Source: Octopus bimaculoides (Eukaryota). From it: DNA of 63,047 bases. The notes below the pieces were generated by a model that was given only the letters and a program-made list of their open reading frames with translations, was not told where the DNA came from and ran no database searches. Below are positions 36,446 to 50,347 of this stretch, piece after piece (positions within the stretch are counted from its first letter, which is position 1; every line of letters starts with the position of its first letter). A program made the translations under genes and the position numbers. Where the stretch lies: assembly GCF_001194135.2 (NCBI RefSeq), contig NC_068982.1, forward strand, positions 136,347,151-136,410,197. The letters run 5' to 3'.

Positions 36446-37320
36446 TTTGTGCCACGTTAATTGATAGACAAAATACACACACAGTCATTTCAGTGTCGTT
36501 TGCGTGTGCGAATAGACCCCTGTGTATGTATATGTAAATATCCAGATACTATACACATGACCATATGTGTTTACGTACGCATACACATATTATGCATGTA
36601 TATATGTGTGTAGGTGTATGTATATATATATATATATATATATATNNNNNNNNNNNNNNNNNNNNNNNNNNNNNNNNNNNNNNNNNNNNNNNNNNNNNNN
36701 NNNNNNNNNNNNNNNNNNNNNNNNNNNNNNNNNNNNNNNNNNNNNNNNNNNNNNNNNNNNNNNNNNNNNNNNNNNNNNNNNNNNNNNNNNNNNNNNNNNN
36801 NNNNNNNNNNNNNNNNNNNNNNNNNNNNNNNNNNNNNNNNNNNNNNNNNNNNNNNNNNNNNNNNNNNNNNNNNNNNNNNNNNNNNNNNNNNNNNNNNNNN
36901 NNNNNNNNNNNNNNNNNNNNNNNNNNNNNNNNNNNNNNNNNNNNNNNNNNNNNNNNNNNNNNNNNNNNNNNNNNNNNNNNNNNNNNNNNNNNNNNNNNNN
37001 NNNNNNNNNNNNNNNNNNNNNNNNNNNNNNNNNNNNNNNNNNNNNNNNNNNNNNNNNNNNNNNNNNNNNNNNNNNNNNNNNNNNNNNNNNNNNNNNNNNN
37101 NNNNNNNNNNNNNNNNNNNNNNNNNNNNNNNNNNNNNNNNNNNNNNNNNNNNNNNNNNNNNNNNNNNNNNNNNNNNNNNNNNNNNNNNNNNNNNNNNNNN
37201 NNNNNNNNNNNNNNNNNNNNNNNNNNNNNNNNNNNNNNNNNNNNNNNNNNNNNNNNNNNNNNNNNNNNNNNNNNNNNNNNNNNNNNNNNNNNNNNNNNNN
37301 NNNNNNNNNNNNNNNNNNNN

Positions 37321-37512
37321 TTCAGTCATTTGACTGCGGCCATGCTGGAGCACCGCCTTTATAGTCGAGCAAATCGACCCCAGAGCTTATTCTTTGTAAG
37401 CCTAGTACTTATTCTATCAGTGTGTTTTGCCGACCCGCAAAGTTACGGGGACGTAAACACACCAGCATCGGTTGTCAAGCAATGCTGGGTGGGGGGGCAA
37501 ATAGACACACAA

Positions 37513-37571
<59 letters not shown>

Positions 37572-37690
37572 CATATACGACAGGCTTCTTCCAGTTTCCG
37601 TCTACCAAATTTACTCACAAGGCTTTGGTCGGCTTTGGAGGCTATAGTAGAAGACACTTGACAAAGGGAGCATGTGGTTGGTAAGCAAAA
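37321..37690 (-). mobile_element. SINE group A
   Basis: Starts ttcagtcatttgactgcggccatgctggagcaccgcc and has the internal (CA)/(TA) tract seen in other group A copies. Confidence 0.92.
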
Positions 37691-38029
37691 GATATTTTAT
37701 CAAATTATTCGATGGAAGTAAAGGCACAAATAAAAAATGTTTGATAATAAGTGAAATAACGTGGGAATTTGCGTGTAGAAAATACCTTGAGCCATATTTT
37801 CGGAGACTGTTTGTTAAATAAGATTTAGTGAAAGTGCTTGTTTAGATAAATAATTAAAAAAAACGCGAAATAATTTCCCCATTAAGTGAAGTGGTAATAT
37901 GTATGAACATTATTTCTAACGAGGCATTTACAGTTTTATTTATTCATATTCATACATCCACCCCCGTATTTATATAACTATATAAAACGAAGATTATAAT
38001 GGTAATAGCAATTCTATCCTTTGTGTGTT

Positions 38030-38038
38030 CTTTCTCTC

Positions 38039-38104
<66 letters not shown>

Positions 38105-38250
38105 CTCTCTTGTTTCTATCATCTCTAATTCTCACCTCTCTCTCACTCTCACCTCTCTCTCTCACACCTCTCTCTCAATCTTGCCTCACTCCCAACGCTC
38201 TATCTCGCTACTCTCTCTCCTGCGCCTCTCTTTCACCCTCCTCTTTCTTC
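38030..38250. repeat. (CT)n-rich pyrimidine tract
   Basis: Directly visible. Confidence 0.9.
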
Positions 38251-38469
38251 CTCGTCTTTCTCTATAATCTATTTATCTCTCTGTCCATATTTCAATACTT
38301 TGTCTTTCTAATTAAAATGTAAGGAAAAAAGAATTTTGCGACTATATACATTATTTACATTTTTAATTTCAAAATAGATCTGTATTTTGATTCCCTCTTC
38401 ATAAATTCGTGATTACACAGCAGAAGTTCATTTCAGATAGAAATATTTATGCATTACATATATATGTAG

Positions 38470-38506
<37 letters not shown>

Positions 38507-38590
38507 NNNNNNNNNNNNNNNNNNNNNNNNNNNNNNNNNNNNNNNNNNNNNNNNNNNNNNNNNNNNNNNNNNNNNNNNNNNNNNNNNNNN

Positions 38591-38662
<72 letters not shown>

Positions 38663-38930
38663 TGATTGAGTCTTCCATGCGTTAACATGTACCTCCTTGC
38701 GGCATTGTAAACTTTCATTTAATCAAGATATCCTTGGCCTGAAGAATAGCCTGTAGTATACACCTTGCTTGGATATTTACCACTCTGGATGTTCCGCTCT
38801 CTATGAAACATATGTAGTTCGTATCTTATGTACGGCTTTGCGTAACTCGTGTATACGTATATACATATATACATGTGTGTGTGAGTGTGCGTGTATATAT
38901 ATGTGTGTGCGTATATGTATGTATATGCGC

Positions 38931-38969
<39 letters not shown>

Positions 38970-38971
38970 CA

Positions 38972-40176
38972 CGATGGATGGATGAAACGTTTTGAGCGTA
39001 ACCTAGAAACGGGTCTGCGAGATAGCAGATTTTTTAATGAAAAATTGTCGAGGTTACAAAGAAAATGGAGAAAACTGAGTATCGTGCTGTCATAAAGTAC
39101 CTTCATTTGAAAGACATGACTCCATCAGATATCCATGTAGATATGGTGAGAACCTTAACAGACCATGCTCCTTCATATGCAACAGTCAAACGCTAGATAA
39201 ATGAACTCAAGCCTGGCAGACAGAGTGTGAAAGATGATCCCAGAACAGGGAGACCTCTCACTGCAACCACCAAGGACAACATTGACCTTACTCTTGGTAT
39301 GATAATGCATAATCGCTGAACGTCATGTCGTCAGATAGCCAAGAGACTGGGCATCTTAATTGAAAGAGTAGACATCATTGTAACAAAAGAACTTGGGTTC
39401 TTAAAAGTTCCCCCAAGGTGTGTCCCTCGCCTTTTGACTCCTGAACAGAAACGCACCAGGTGCACTTTGTCCACGGGCAAATCTGAAACTGTTTGAAGTT
39501 GATGAAGAGAATTTGCTTGCTCGTTTCATTACTATGGACGAAAGTTGGGCTCATCACTACCGGTCTGAAACCAAAGAACAATCAAAGCAGTGGAAGCACA
39601 TATCTTCTCCTACCCCAAAGAAGGCCAGGTTCATTCTTTCCCCTGGCTAGGTCATGGCGTCGGTTTTTTTTTTATTCTCAAGGTGTCTTGTGGATTGATT
39701 ACCTTGAAAAGAGTCACACTCTAACAGGGCTGCATTATTCTCAGCTACTGAAAAGCCTCCGGGGAGTAATCAAAGAAAAGGTCGGGAATGCTCACCAGAG
39801 GAGTCCATTTCATCACGACAATACGCCAGCCCACACCTCAGTGGTTGCCATGACAACAATTCGTGATTGTGGATACGAAATTGTTCCCCATCCGCCTTAT
39901 TCGCCAGATTTAGTCCCCTCTGACTTTCATCTATTCCCCAAAATGGAAAAAGCCCTGGCTTGCCGCCATTTTGCCAGTGACAATGATGTCATAGACGCTG
40001 TATGAAGTTTCTTAGAGCCTCAAACAAGATAGTTCTTCTACGCAGGGATAGTGGCGCTTCAGCACCACTGGTAAAAGTGTTCAGCCATCGATGGGGACTA
40101 TGTTGAAAAATAAATCATCAGAAATCTTGTACCATGTTTTGTTTTTTGAGGCTCAAGACTTTTCATATACACCTTG
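38972..40176 (+). mobile_element. Near full-length decayed mariner (DD34D; irritans/Hsmar2-like by motif)
   Basis: Degenerate TIRs (...atgaaacgttttgagc versus ggctcaagacttttcatatacaccttg+TA). Transposase 39065-40113: MEKTEYRAVIKYLHLK, CVPRLLT, ITMDESW, FHHDNTPAH, HPPYSPDLVPSDFHLFP, DGDYVEK*. Confidence 0.93.
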
Positions 40177-40207
40177 TACATATACATACACACATATATA
40201 TTATGTT

Positions 40208-40565
40208 TTATTTGTTTCACCCATTTGACTGCAGCCTTGCTCGAGCACCGCCTTTAGTCGAACTAATCGACCCCAGGACGTCTTCCTTGTATGCCTAGTA
40301 CTTATTATATCGGTCTCTTTTGCCGAACCGCTACGTTACAGGGTTGTAAACACACCAACATCGGTTGTCAAGCAATGATGAGGACACACGCACATATACA
40401 CACATATGTATATATACGATGTACTTCTTTTCAGTTTCCGTCTGCTAAATTCACTCACATGGTTTTGGTCCGCCCGGCGCTATATTAGAAGACACTTACC
40501 TAAGGTGCCACGGAGTGGGACTGAACCCAAAACTATGTGGTTGATAAGCAAGTTACTCTTACTGA
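40208..40565 (-). mobile_element. SINE group A
   Basis: Colinear with the other group A copies. Confidence 0.9.
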
Positions 40566-40824
40566 CTCGGTTCACATTTCACATCGTACTTCAGTTGTTT
40601 AATGTAGTGTGTCCATACAGCTAAAATCCATGAGTAAGCTGGCTAAAGAGCCACGAGTTTAAGGATGGCACGTGATTTCAACACTTAACATATATTCACC
40701 TCTCATAGCACCTGACTGTTATGGTACACTCGATCGTGCGCACACACACACACACACTCACACACACATACACGCACGCACACATACGCACACGCACACA
40801 CACACGCACACACACACACAGGCG

Positions 40825-40883
<59 letters not shown>

Positions 40884-40926
40884 CGAGAGTGAATAAGTGT
40901 GGACGTATGCGGGTGTNNNNNNNNNN

Positions 40927-40971
<45 letters not shown>

Positions 40972-41851
40972 CGAGAGTGAATAAGTGTGGACGTATGCGG
41001 GTGTTGGGATTCATGTACTTGTGTTTTTTCTTCTTCAGACACAACAACATAACAATACAAATGTAACTTTTCTATGATAGATTAGGTTGAATGATATTGT
41101 CACTATTTTATTTAAAGATTTGAGCAACTTGTATTAATTTTAACGCTGTTAAAATATTTGTTAAGAAGAATCTATCTTTTTTTTTTATTTTCTCACTCAT
41201 CAAAACCAGATGCTACAGAATATAATTTTCAGTTGTTTCATGAAAACAAATGAAAATTATATTCTATTATGACTATAATGATTTGAAAACTCTATGAATA
41301 TAAGTATTACTGTATGAGTAAAATATGTTCCACAATTCGTATTTATAGTTTTGTAATATAGTTTACTACTAATAAATTACAACATGCATGTAGTAATCTT
41401 GTGGTTTATATTAATATTCGCAAAATATTCTGGTTGAATTTGTGTTCTACTACATCATATATTTGATGTTATATGTTTTCTACAATAAATATACATGTTG
41501 TCTGATATATATTTGTCGGTATATGATTTCTGGTATACATACGTTGTGTGTTATATATAATTATGACTGAAGATATGCATTATGGTACACGAAAAGTAAT
41601 CTGGAATAGTTCTTTAAAATGGCAAAAACAATGCAATTGCTTCTACGCGAGTATATTTAAAATAAATTATAGGCCATTTTTTAAAATTATGAAACGAATA
41701 TCTGATATTTCTGTTTCTGAAAGAATATATTTAGCTTATTATGCATAAGAAAATAGAGAATCATACATGTTTTTAAAGCATTATTCCTTCCCTGTACTGA
41801 AGAGTTTCCACTTCAGCATGATTTTGAATTGATAACTATATATAAACATAC

Positions 41852-41889
<38 letters not shown>

Positions 41890-41932
41890 GCAAGTAAATC
41901 AGTGCATAAAATTATATGATACGTTACCAAAT

Positions 41933-42163
41933 AGGCACAGGAGTGGTTGTGTGGCAAGATTGCTTAGCAGCCATATGGTTCCGGGTTCAGTGCCACAGCG
42001 CTGCACCTTGGCCAAGTGTCTTCTACTATACCTTCGGGCCGACCTTGATTGACAGAAATTGAAAGAAGCCTGTCGTATGTATATGTATGTATATATGTGT
42101 GTGCGTGTTTGCGTGTGTGCGCGCGCGCGCTGGTATGTGTATATCTATATATAGATACACACA

Positions 42164-42222
<59 letters not shown>

Positions 42223-42435
42223 GTATGGATTTGTGTGTCTATGTTTGTCCCTCCACCGTCGCTTGACAACCAATGTTGGTGTTCTAACGTCCCCGTATCT
42301 TAGCGGTTCGACAAAAGGGGCCGATAGAATAAGTACTTGGCTTAAAAATGATAAGTCCTGGCGTCGATTAGTTCGACTAAGGGCGGTTTTCCAGCATGGC
42401 CGCACTCAGTTGACTGTAGCAAGTAAAAGAGTAAA
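41933..42435 (+). mobile_element. SINE group A, full length, expanded internal microsatellite
   Basis: aggcacaggagtggttgtgtgg head, ggttccgggttcag B-box region, ccagcatggccgca tail, agtaaaagagtaaa end. Confidence 0.92.
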
Positions 42436-42661
42436 TAAGCAATATGTAGAATTTCATGTACACCCTGGTATGTGCGAGTTGTAAACTACGAAGGAAACCC
42501 GTGTAGGTCTCTTCAAGATTTTCTTCAAGTAATTCCCTTGGTCACAAACACAACACACGCCAACACACACAGAAATCTGCACACAGTCAACTCCACATAT
42601 ACGTATCTATCTATTTATCTCACTATATGTACACATGCATGCACATACAAACCGATATATA

Positions 42662-43854
42662 CGAGAGGGTATCCAAAACTAATCGAAAACTTTCTTTAGT
42701 GGGACAAGCCTGTTGTAGTTCATGCTTTCGCCGCTAGGAGCCATTTGATTCGACCCACTGATATCAGTCTGGTGACCGGAGACGTCGAGTACAATCGTAC
42801 TGCAACGTGGAGTGTCTCTATTTTGAAGTGTCTCTCAAGTTCGTCGATTTTTTGCGAAATCTCAAATGAAAGAACATCGTGCTTCCGGGAAATTCTGTTT
42901 TCTACTGAAGAAATCGATGGCCGAAAAAGTCCTCATGCTTCAAACAGCTTACAACGCTGCCATGAGCAAAACAAGTTTACTAGTGGTTTACACACCTTAA
43001 GAACGATCATTTGCCGTTTGAAGACCAACCTTGTTCAGGGCGACCATTATGAGAATTCATGAAATGATCTTCGAGGATCGTCGCCGAACAATTAACGAAC
43101 TTGCTGATATGACTGGTGTGTACCGGAGCTCCTCTTAACGAATTTTAAACAAGGAATTGCGAATGAAAAGTGTTGCAGCAAAATTTGCGACTCAGTTGTT
43201 CGAAGAATATCAAAAGCAGTCACGACTAAATGTATGTCGTGAATAGAAAGAACATTAGGAAGTTGATCTGAACCTTTTCTTTTTAAAGGTCATCACTGAT
43301 GAAGAAAGCTGGTGTTTCGGCTACGACCCGGAAACGAAGCAGGAGTCAAATCATTGGAATTATTCAATGTCACCATGCCCTACAAAAGTGCGTCAAGTGA
43401 AGTCCATTGTTAAGATGGTGCTGATTTGATTCACCGATGAGAAAGGAATTGCCCACACAGTATCTGTTCCTCCTGGTCAAACTGTTAACCAAATATTTTA
43501 CTTGGCATTTCTGAAGCATTTGCGAGAAACGGCGAGGCAAAAACGCTCCGGCAAATGGCAAAGTGGAGAGTGGTGATTTCATCAGGACAATGCACCTTCA
43601 CACACCACCTTGCCTGTGAGACGGCTTTTGTTCCCTGCAACCTGTTTCTGAAAATAGTCCTTGCACCAGTGGAAGAGGTGAAGGAGAAAAACAACGGAGG
43701 CTTTAAAGGGCATAACTTCGCAAGTGTTCTCGAACTACTTGGAACAGGGAAAAACACGTCTGGATCGATGCTTTGCTACGAATGGAAAATAGATTCAAGG
43801 CGATAACAGTGTAAACATGAAAAGATAAATGAGTAAAATTCGGGTATCCCTTCG
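42662..43854 (+). mobile_element. Near full-length decayed mariner (DD34D)
   Basis: TA-cgagagggtatccaaaa and ttcgggtatcccttcg-TA termini. Transposase from 42866: MKEHRASGKFCFLL.KS, FEDQPCSGRP, KVITDEESWCFGYDPETKQES, FHQDNAPSH; internal deletion near the YSPDL region. Confidence 0.9.
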
Positions 43855-44585
43855 TATAAACATAAATGCATATATATGCGTGTGTACTTATATACATACA
43901 ATTATAAAAGATATGTGTATAAGTTTGTGTGCACCTTTGAAGTTTTCTCTTCACATACTAAAATATATTCAGTAAACCATTAGTTTTGTACGTCTGCTGT
44001 TATTTTTATACATACATTGACATCGCAACAAACGTTAATACCCACACCTCTCACACACATCCATATATGCATATGTACATGTACACATGCGCGCGCACAT
44101 ACCCATATGTATAGACGTACGCATGGGACGTATGTATGCATGTATGTGTGCATGTATGTATGTATGTATTATGTATGTATGCATGTATGTATGAATGAAT
44201 GAGACTCTTAAGTGAGCTAAACAGCAGAATCTTTCGTTAGGCGTTTTTATTTAGATTTGAACATGATAAAATTATTTGAATTACTCAGTAGACCCTGCAA
44301 CGCCTAATCTCATCAGGTAATTTCTGAGAACAAATGAACAATGTTTCGTTAGTTAATCCACTGGTTGTCAACAAGTGAAATTACAAATCAAAATACTGAT
44401 ATATAAGATATTGGAAGTAGATGTGTCGTGAAGCTGTCAAGAAGAACATTATATAGTTGAGATGTGTTGTCATTATATTGACTGTTACAGACGTTAATTA
44501 TCGGGTGTAAGTGATACCCTCTGACCATATTTTTCCCTTAGCTAATGTCTATAACTGCCATGATAAATACAGCCCCTTCCAACTA

Positions 44586-44790
44586 TAAGGTTGGTGCATA
44601 ATTATTGCGGCGTATTTTGAAAAAAAAAAATATTCAACAAAAAATTTAAACAAAATGCCAAGCAATAATTAAAGTAGATGGTGAATATGCTCCGGAATAA
44701 TCATTTCAAAATGTTTTTGTTAAATGATGTTATTGTTTCCGTTGAATAAAATTCATTGAAAAAAAACGCAATAATTATGCACCAACCTAA
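44586..44790. mobile_element. Mariner-derived MITE (MADE1-like architecture)
   Basis: TA + taaggttggtgcataattattgcg and cgcaataattatgcaccaacctaa; the TIR resembles the Hsmar1/cecropia type TTAGGTTGGTGCAAAAGTAATTGCGG. No coding interior. Confidence 0.88.
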
Positions 44791-45274
44791 CATATACTGT
44801 TCTTGTTTGACAGCTTCAAGTCACACCTACTTTCATCATATCAGTTTTCCAATTTGAAATTTCACTTGCCGAAAGACAATACTATACAATTTATTAATCA
44901 CTCCTTTTGATAAGTTATCTGATGCACTTGGGAGCTGCTCTGTTTATTGTATAATCTAAATAATAGTATTATGCTTACATTGAAATAAAACTTCTAACAA
45001 AAGAAGTGTTGTAACACTTAAAAATCATTCTTTTGTTTTACCACACTTTAATTTCCATTCTTCCGTGACTACATTGACTAGTATTGGAATTGCAGTTTAC
45101 CCAATAATAGTGTATTTCCTTCATATATGCCTTCTAGGCTAGGATAATGGATTACCTTTATTGATCCATTGTAATTGAAGATATACATACATACACACGC
45201 ACACACACGCACATACACAAACACACACACACACACATATATACATACATAAATACATACATACATACATACAT

Positions 45275-46235
45275 ATATGAAATTTCGGATGAAATTTGGT
45301 GAGTCTAAATGTGAATTTGTTTACAGTAAAACATGGAAAAGTTGTACCTTGCCCTGAAAGCCTAAAATTGAATGGCTTGACAATGCAATCTCTACAGTCA
45401 GATGGCAATTATAGCTATCTTGAACAAGATGTGAATGTCAGATATGGTGGAAACATAAATAAATAGAGGTCCAGAAATCAATACCTAAGGAGTGTAAAGA
45501 GAATATAGTTATCAGACCTCACATCATACAGCAATCATATTGCCCACGATACATACCTTTGCAGAGCCTGTCCTCAACCTTACATTTGGACTTCTGAACT
45601 GGTCACTACAAGACCTCAGTGAGATACATGTTCGAACTCGCCAGCTGCTCAATGTTACTAGAAACTTCATCATCAGTGTTGATGTACACAAGCTACACTT
45701 CCCTTGCAAGGAAGGTAGCCGTGATCTCAGATTTGCATTGATGTCATTTGAAACGCAGATTGTGACACTGAAATAACATCTGCAGCAGATGAAATAGATC
45801 GGTCGTTTCTTGCCCAAATGTGACCATGAAACCAACAACATAATTAGGATAACTAATGAACTAGAGGAGAGGTATGAAATAAGAAATGGTACAAATCGCT
45901 CGCCAAGGAGCATTGACCAATTCCGTTTCTCAGAACAACAGAAGAATTTAACCAGTTCACTAAGAAGATAGTACATGGGTACTTGGCACGAAAATACAAA
46001 CTGTTGAAGGGAATAATCATGCCAACTGCTTTGCATTGAGAACAGAGAATAATTATCACATCCCAATTTGAAGGCTACTTTCATGAAATCCAAGAACATG
46101 AGAAGAACATAAAAAGCAAAATGCATTGACAGACAGCAAATGTAGGTTGTGCAAAACCAAAACTGAAGACATCAACTACGCTATTGTCAACTGTGAGAGA
46201 ATGTCTTCGAGATATTGTCTTCTCATGAGGATGAA
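45275..46235 (+). mobile_element. RLE-class (R4/Dong-like) LINE remnant, RT C-terminus to CCHC knuckle
   Basis: MKFGESKC, EPVLNLTFGLLNW.LQDL, RTRQLL, KLHFPCKEGSR, HGY, FEGYFHEIQEHE, DSKCRLCK..TEDI......C..MSSRY. Confidence 0.82.
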
Positions 46236-49200
46236 AATCTTTTAACATAATGATTTCTCGGTGTGGGATAATCTGCACATTCTGCTGCTATTACAAAGCT
46301 TTCAGTTTTCAAATACCTTTCACTTGATGTTATAATTAGTAGTAATATATATATATATATATATATATATGACTGAGATGCTTGAGTCGGGGAGAATCTC
46401 AATTTGTAACCATATTGAACTGAGTTCGATCGCAAGGAACGTTTTGTTAACCAAGTGTCATCAGCAGAAATGACATCTCGCCTCATTCCGTTTTATTGAA
46501 ATTAAATGCACGAAAACAATGGGAAATCGACCAGCTGGTTTTATCTTTTAGTACGTTTTAGTACGTATTGATTCTTGCCTTTCCAGTTTAATAATTACAA
46601 ATTTGTGTTACATGTAGCGGTAAAACATTGAGACACTTGCAGGTAATTTAGTCAGTCGAACGTTCAGTTGATCGAATACCTCAGTGCTCATTGCTGAAAT
46701 CGAAAATATGCATAAGTAGTATATACATTTTGCTACTATTAAAGATTATGTTGCAATTATTGGCGCTTTTGTTTTCTACAACCATTCATAGCTAGTAGGA
46801 CATTAATATTCATGGGAGACACAACGTTACAAAGCTCGCTACACATGCATGGTCCCTGAACGAGTCGTAATTAAAATAGCTTTCGTTTCTGTTAGGGATA
46901 TAAATTTTTAGAAGTATCTTTACTTCTAAGGTTCACTGTAAAAGCGTTGGGTACTTATAGCTAAAAGTTTTGATCCAGTTTCGATCGTATTTCCTTATTT
47001 ACGATGTGCAATTTCAAAAGAATAAAGCCTACTTTGTTAAAAGATTAACAAATTTGTCTTCCTACGTCAACACTCTGTTACTATGTAAATAATGCTTAGC
47101 CTTTTGTATATTATTCTTTCTTATCCGTTGTAAAAGTATGTTTTGTATCATGAATAGCTGTCAAAATATTATTCAGTAAAACTTTCTTAGATACTGACTT
47201 CTCGATATCATTCTTGAAAGTAAATTTTCCTTTTGTAGTTGTTGTTCAATATCCTGTCTTTCTAAGTGTATTTGACGTTCAGTCGGTTTGTTCCGGAATT
47301 CTTTGAAAATATTTCATTTCATTCTCTTTGTAATGCAATTATTCATTAGTATATAAGGGGAAATGTTTTCTTTACTCCATATATTATTAAAATGACGAGA
47401 ATGATTTATATTTGTGCTAAGGATTCTTAACACATCTATGTTAGTCTTTTGTATTTTTGTATTGAACAATAATGTTATCAGGTCAATCGACCTGTATGTG
47501 TGTACTTGTGCATACGTTATCTGTGTGTTTGAGTTTGGGAGTTTATGCATGCATGAGTGTATGTATGTGTGTTTTTGAATGTATTTGTCTGTGTGTGTGT
47601 GTATTTGTACGCCTCTGTGCTACTGCATACATTTTGATATTAGTTTTTCAACGTACAAATTGCCATATTTTCAAAAAATATTGCTAACGTGAATATTTCT
47701 CTTTAGTTTGCATACATATTGGCCTTTATATTTCTCGTTCTCTCAATTCGTATCTCCATCTCTCCTTTTCCTACTCTTTCCCCTCAACTAAATTTAACAC
47801 CTTGCACTTGTATATTAGACAATATACATATTTATGACTAAATATTCTAACTACATGATATATGTGATAATTTTTACAAAATATTTTCTTAAACATTTAT
47901 ATATTTATTCACAAAATATGAATAGCACTTAATGGTTTTCTTTACGTCTTTACAAAATCATGGAAATATATTTTATTAAAGTTTGTGTCAATTCAAGAGA
48001 AAAATCACATTTCATTTTACGACACTTAGTTTTTAGTTATGGAAATTTTTTTAATATTTTTCAAGAGCAATGTTAAGAAAGCTGGTGAAAATATATAGTA
48101 ATATCCAAATACTGAACGCAAAAATGATGATTCATAAACCACGTAATCCCACAAGCTGGTGCTCATGACATCTGAAGTCCTGGGTTTATATAGCAAAATC
48201 ATTATGCTAAGAAATCAAAAGAAAGCGTGATAGAAAATACACATTTTAGAGTTCTGCTAATACTTTTGCAATAAAATTTTCCTACTCGGTGTAATTATGT
48301 ACAGCTATGTAGATCGGGCAACATACAGTATTTGTACAAGATAATCAGAACTCGCATCTATACTGGTTTTCTGGTTTTCACTAGATTCATTATCTGCTCT
48401 TCGAGCCTCCATATTATAATATATAATTTTTAGAAATTGGCTTCTTTACTGTTACTGATACCGGAACCTCATGGATAAGAGCCAGGGGGGATTGTGAACT
48501 ATGGGTTGTGCAGGATTTACAGGATACTCACTCGGCTAAGTCAATAACCAACTGGACTTATTAGGAGTGGCAACGAATATACAAATAAATCTGCAGAGAG
48601 CCACCACGTGACTTTGGTCCACGACAAATCCTCAACGGACTTTTATTGCGGTAACGTCAGTTGGAGTCTGAACATCTCCGGTTGGATTACCAAGGCGGTG
48701 AGGATTTCTGCTGTTGAAATATCCGAAAGATCTCATGTGTCCAATCTCATCTAGATTGATCTTAAACATTCCATTTCCGAGAAAGACAAGTTAGTTATTT
48801 TTACATCTTCGCGGTGTGGATGTATTTATGCATTTTTTTATGTGGTATATTCTCTAGAGCACCAGTACACGAAAATTATTATCCCCTATCCCCCTTTTAG
48901 AATAATGACGTTGATTCAGAATGCAGTTATAGGCGATAGATGTAGTTAATTTAATGCAAAATATCACGTGAATTTATAACTGAGTAAACGTTAGAAAACC
49001 TTAACATAAGATAATCTATTCTTCCATTTAGCTGCATCAAAACAATATTCTTTTCGACTGTATTAAATCAAATATAATTTTTAGTAACTAAATCAAATAT
49101 GAAATAATTGTCTTCAATGTTTTTTTTTTTACTAAACTTCATCACACCGATTGAAAGATGCACAAATTAAATATTCAAACTTTGGCGCAAAGTCAAGAAA

Positions 49201-49974
49201 ATGTCAATGAGTTGCAATTATCAGGAAACTTAATCTAAATAACAAAATTTAAACCGGCGCGTTCTTTTTTAAAGACATGAAAATGCGATTATGATGATTA
49301 TTAATGATGAGATAAACGTCTGCGGCAAAGAAATTGTTTGGAATATATATAACTACAGTCAATAGATATTGTTAACTAGCGTCTAGACATGTCATTTGTT
49401 TTATAGATAAAACGAAATACTGAATAGTATTTGATATTATAGAATACAAACATATCCAAATTGTTTTCTTATTTTTATAAATATTGATGTATCGTTTTAA
49501 AATAACACAGAAAAGAATATGGTGATGTTTTAATACTCCAACCAAAATTCGCTCATGAAATAAAATAACATGATTTATGTAGAATACCATTTTATTACAT
49601 AGGCTTGAATTAATTAAATTAAATTTGATGCAAAATATTAAGAAAATGACGTTCTTATCTTTGCTCAACATTTTAGCAACGATGCATAGATCAAGGTTGA
49701 GAAAAAAACCTAGATTTCGACTACAAGTAATCGAAAACTTGACCGTATTTTGCTGGTCATATTTATACCAGAAGTGTTAAAAGAGTTATCAATGTACATT
49801 TGTCATATTTTCTCACACATTTTCACTTACTTTTTCAAACCTCGGAAATATAATTTGTATAAAATATCGATAAATAAAATACAAGATTTAAACTCGTTCA
49901 TCAGTCTAAAGATCACTACTACTTTAGTCTTTCCCGTTTATAAGCAGAAACAATCCTAGAGGGATATTTTCCCA

Positions 49975-50347
49975 CAATCCTAACGAGTATAATCAGTGGT
50001 TAATCAAGGGCCAGATTCCCGAACCTGTTGCCAAGCACAAGGTGATGACTTGCGGCTGATGGAATGGAATTAAGAGGGGATAATTCACAACGATTTCATT
50101 TCCGGACAGTCGAACCATTGATGTCAATCTGTACTCTGAACAGCTGCAGCGGATGCAAGTCATTGTGTGACTAAAATACCCAGTGTTGGCTAACAGCGAA
50201 CTGGTATCAAGGAACAGACAGAAAAGTGGCTTCGGATGGTGCAAAAAGATGGCGTCTACTTTCAATGCTTGACTGCTTTTGTTGTAACATGACGAATAAA
50301 TGAAATAAGCTACCAAAATATTGCAAAACTTTTAACTCAACACAATA
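49975..50347 (+). mobile_element. Internally deleted mariner 3' fragment with right TIR
   Basis: QWLIKGQIPEPVAK, KVM...WWN.RGII, TIDVNLYSEQLQRM, KWLRMVQKDGVYF, then the TIR-like attgcaaaacttttaactcaacacaata. Confidence 0.8.

Noticed and set aside
40860-40996. Exact ~45-bp duplication either side of a 10-N gap
   Set aside because: Typical overlapping contig ends at a scaffold join; assembly artefact.
45524-46126. 200-aa minus-strand ORF
   Set aside because: Antisense shadow of the R4-like LINE on the plus strand; no independent motif.
47150-47310. 43-codon minus-strand open stretch (NIFKEFRNKPTERQ...LRKFY)
   Set aside because: Bounded by stops with no in-frame start or usable acceptor.
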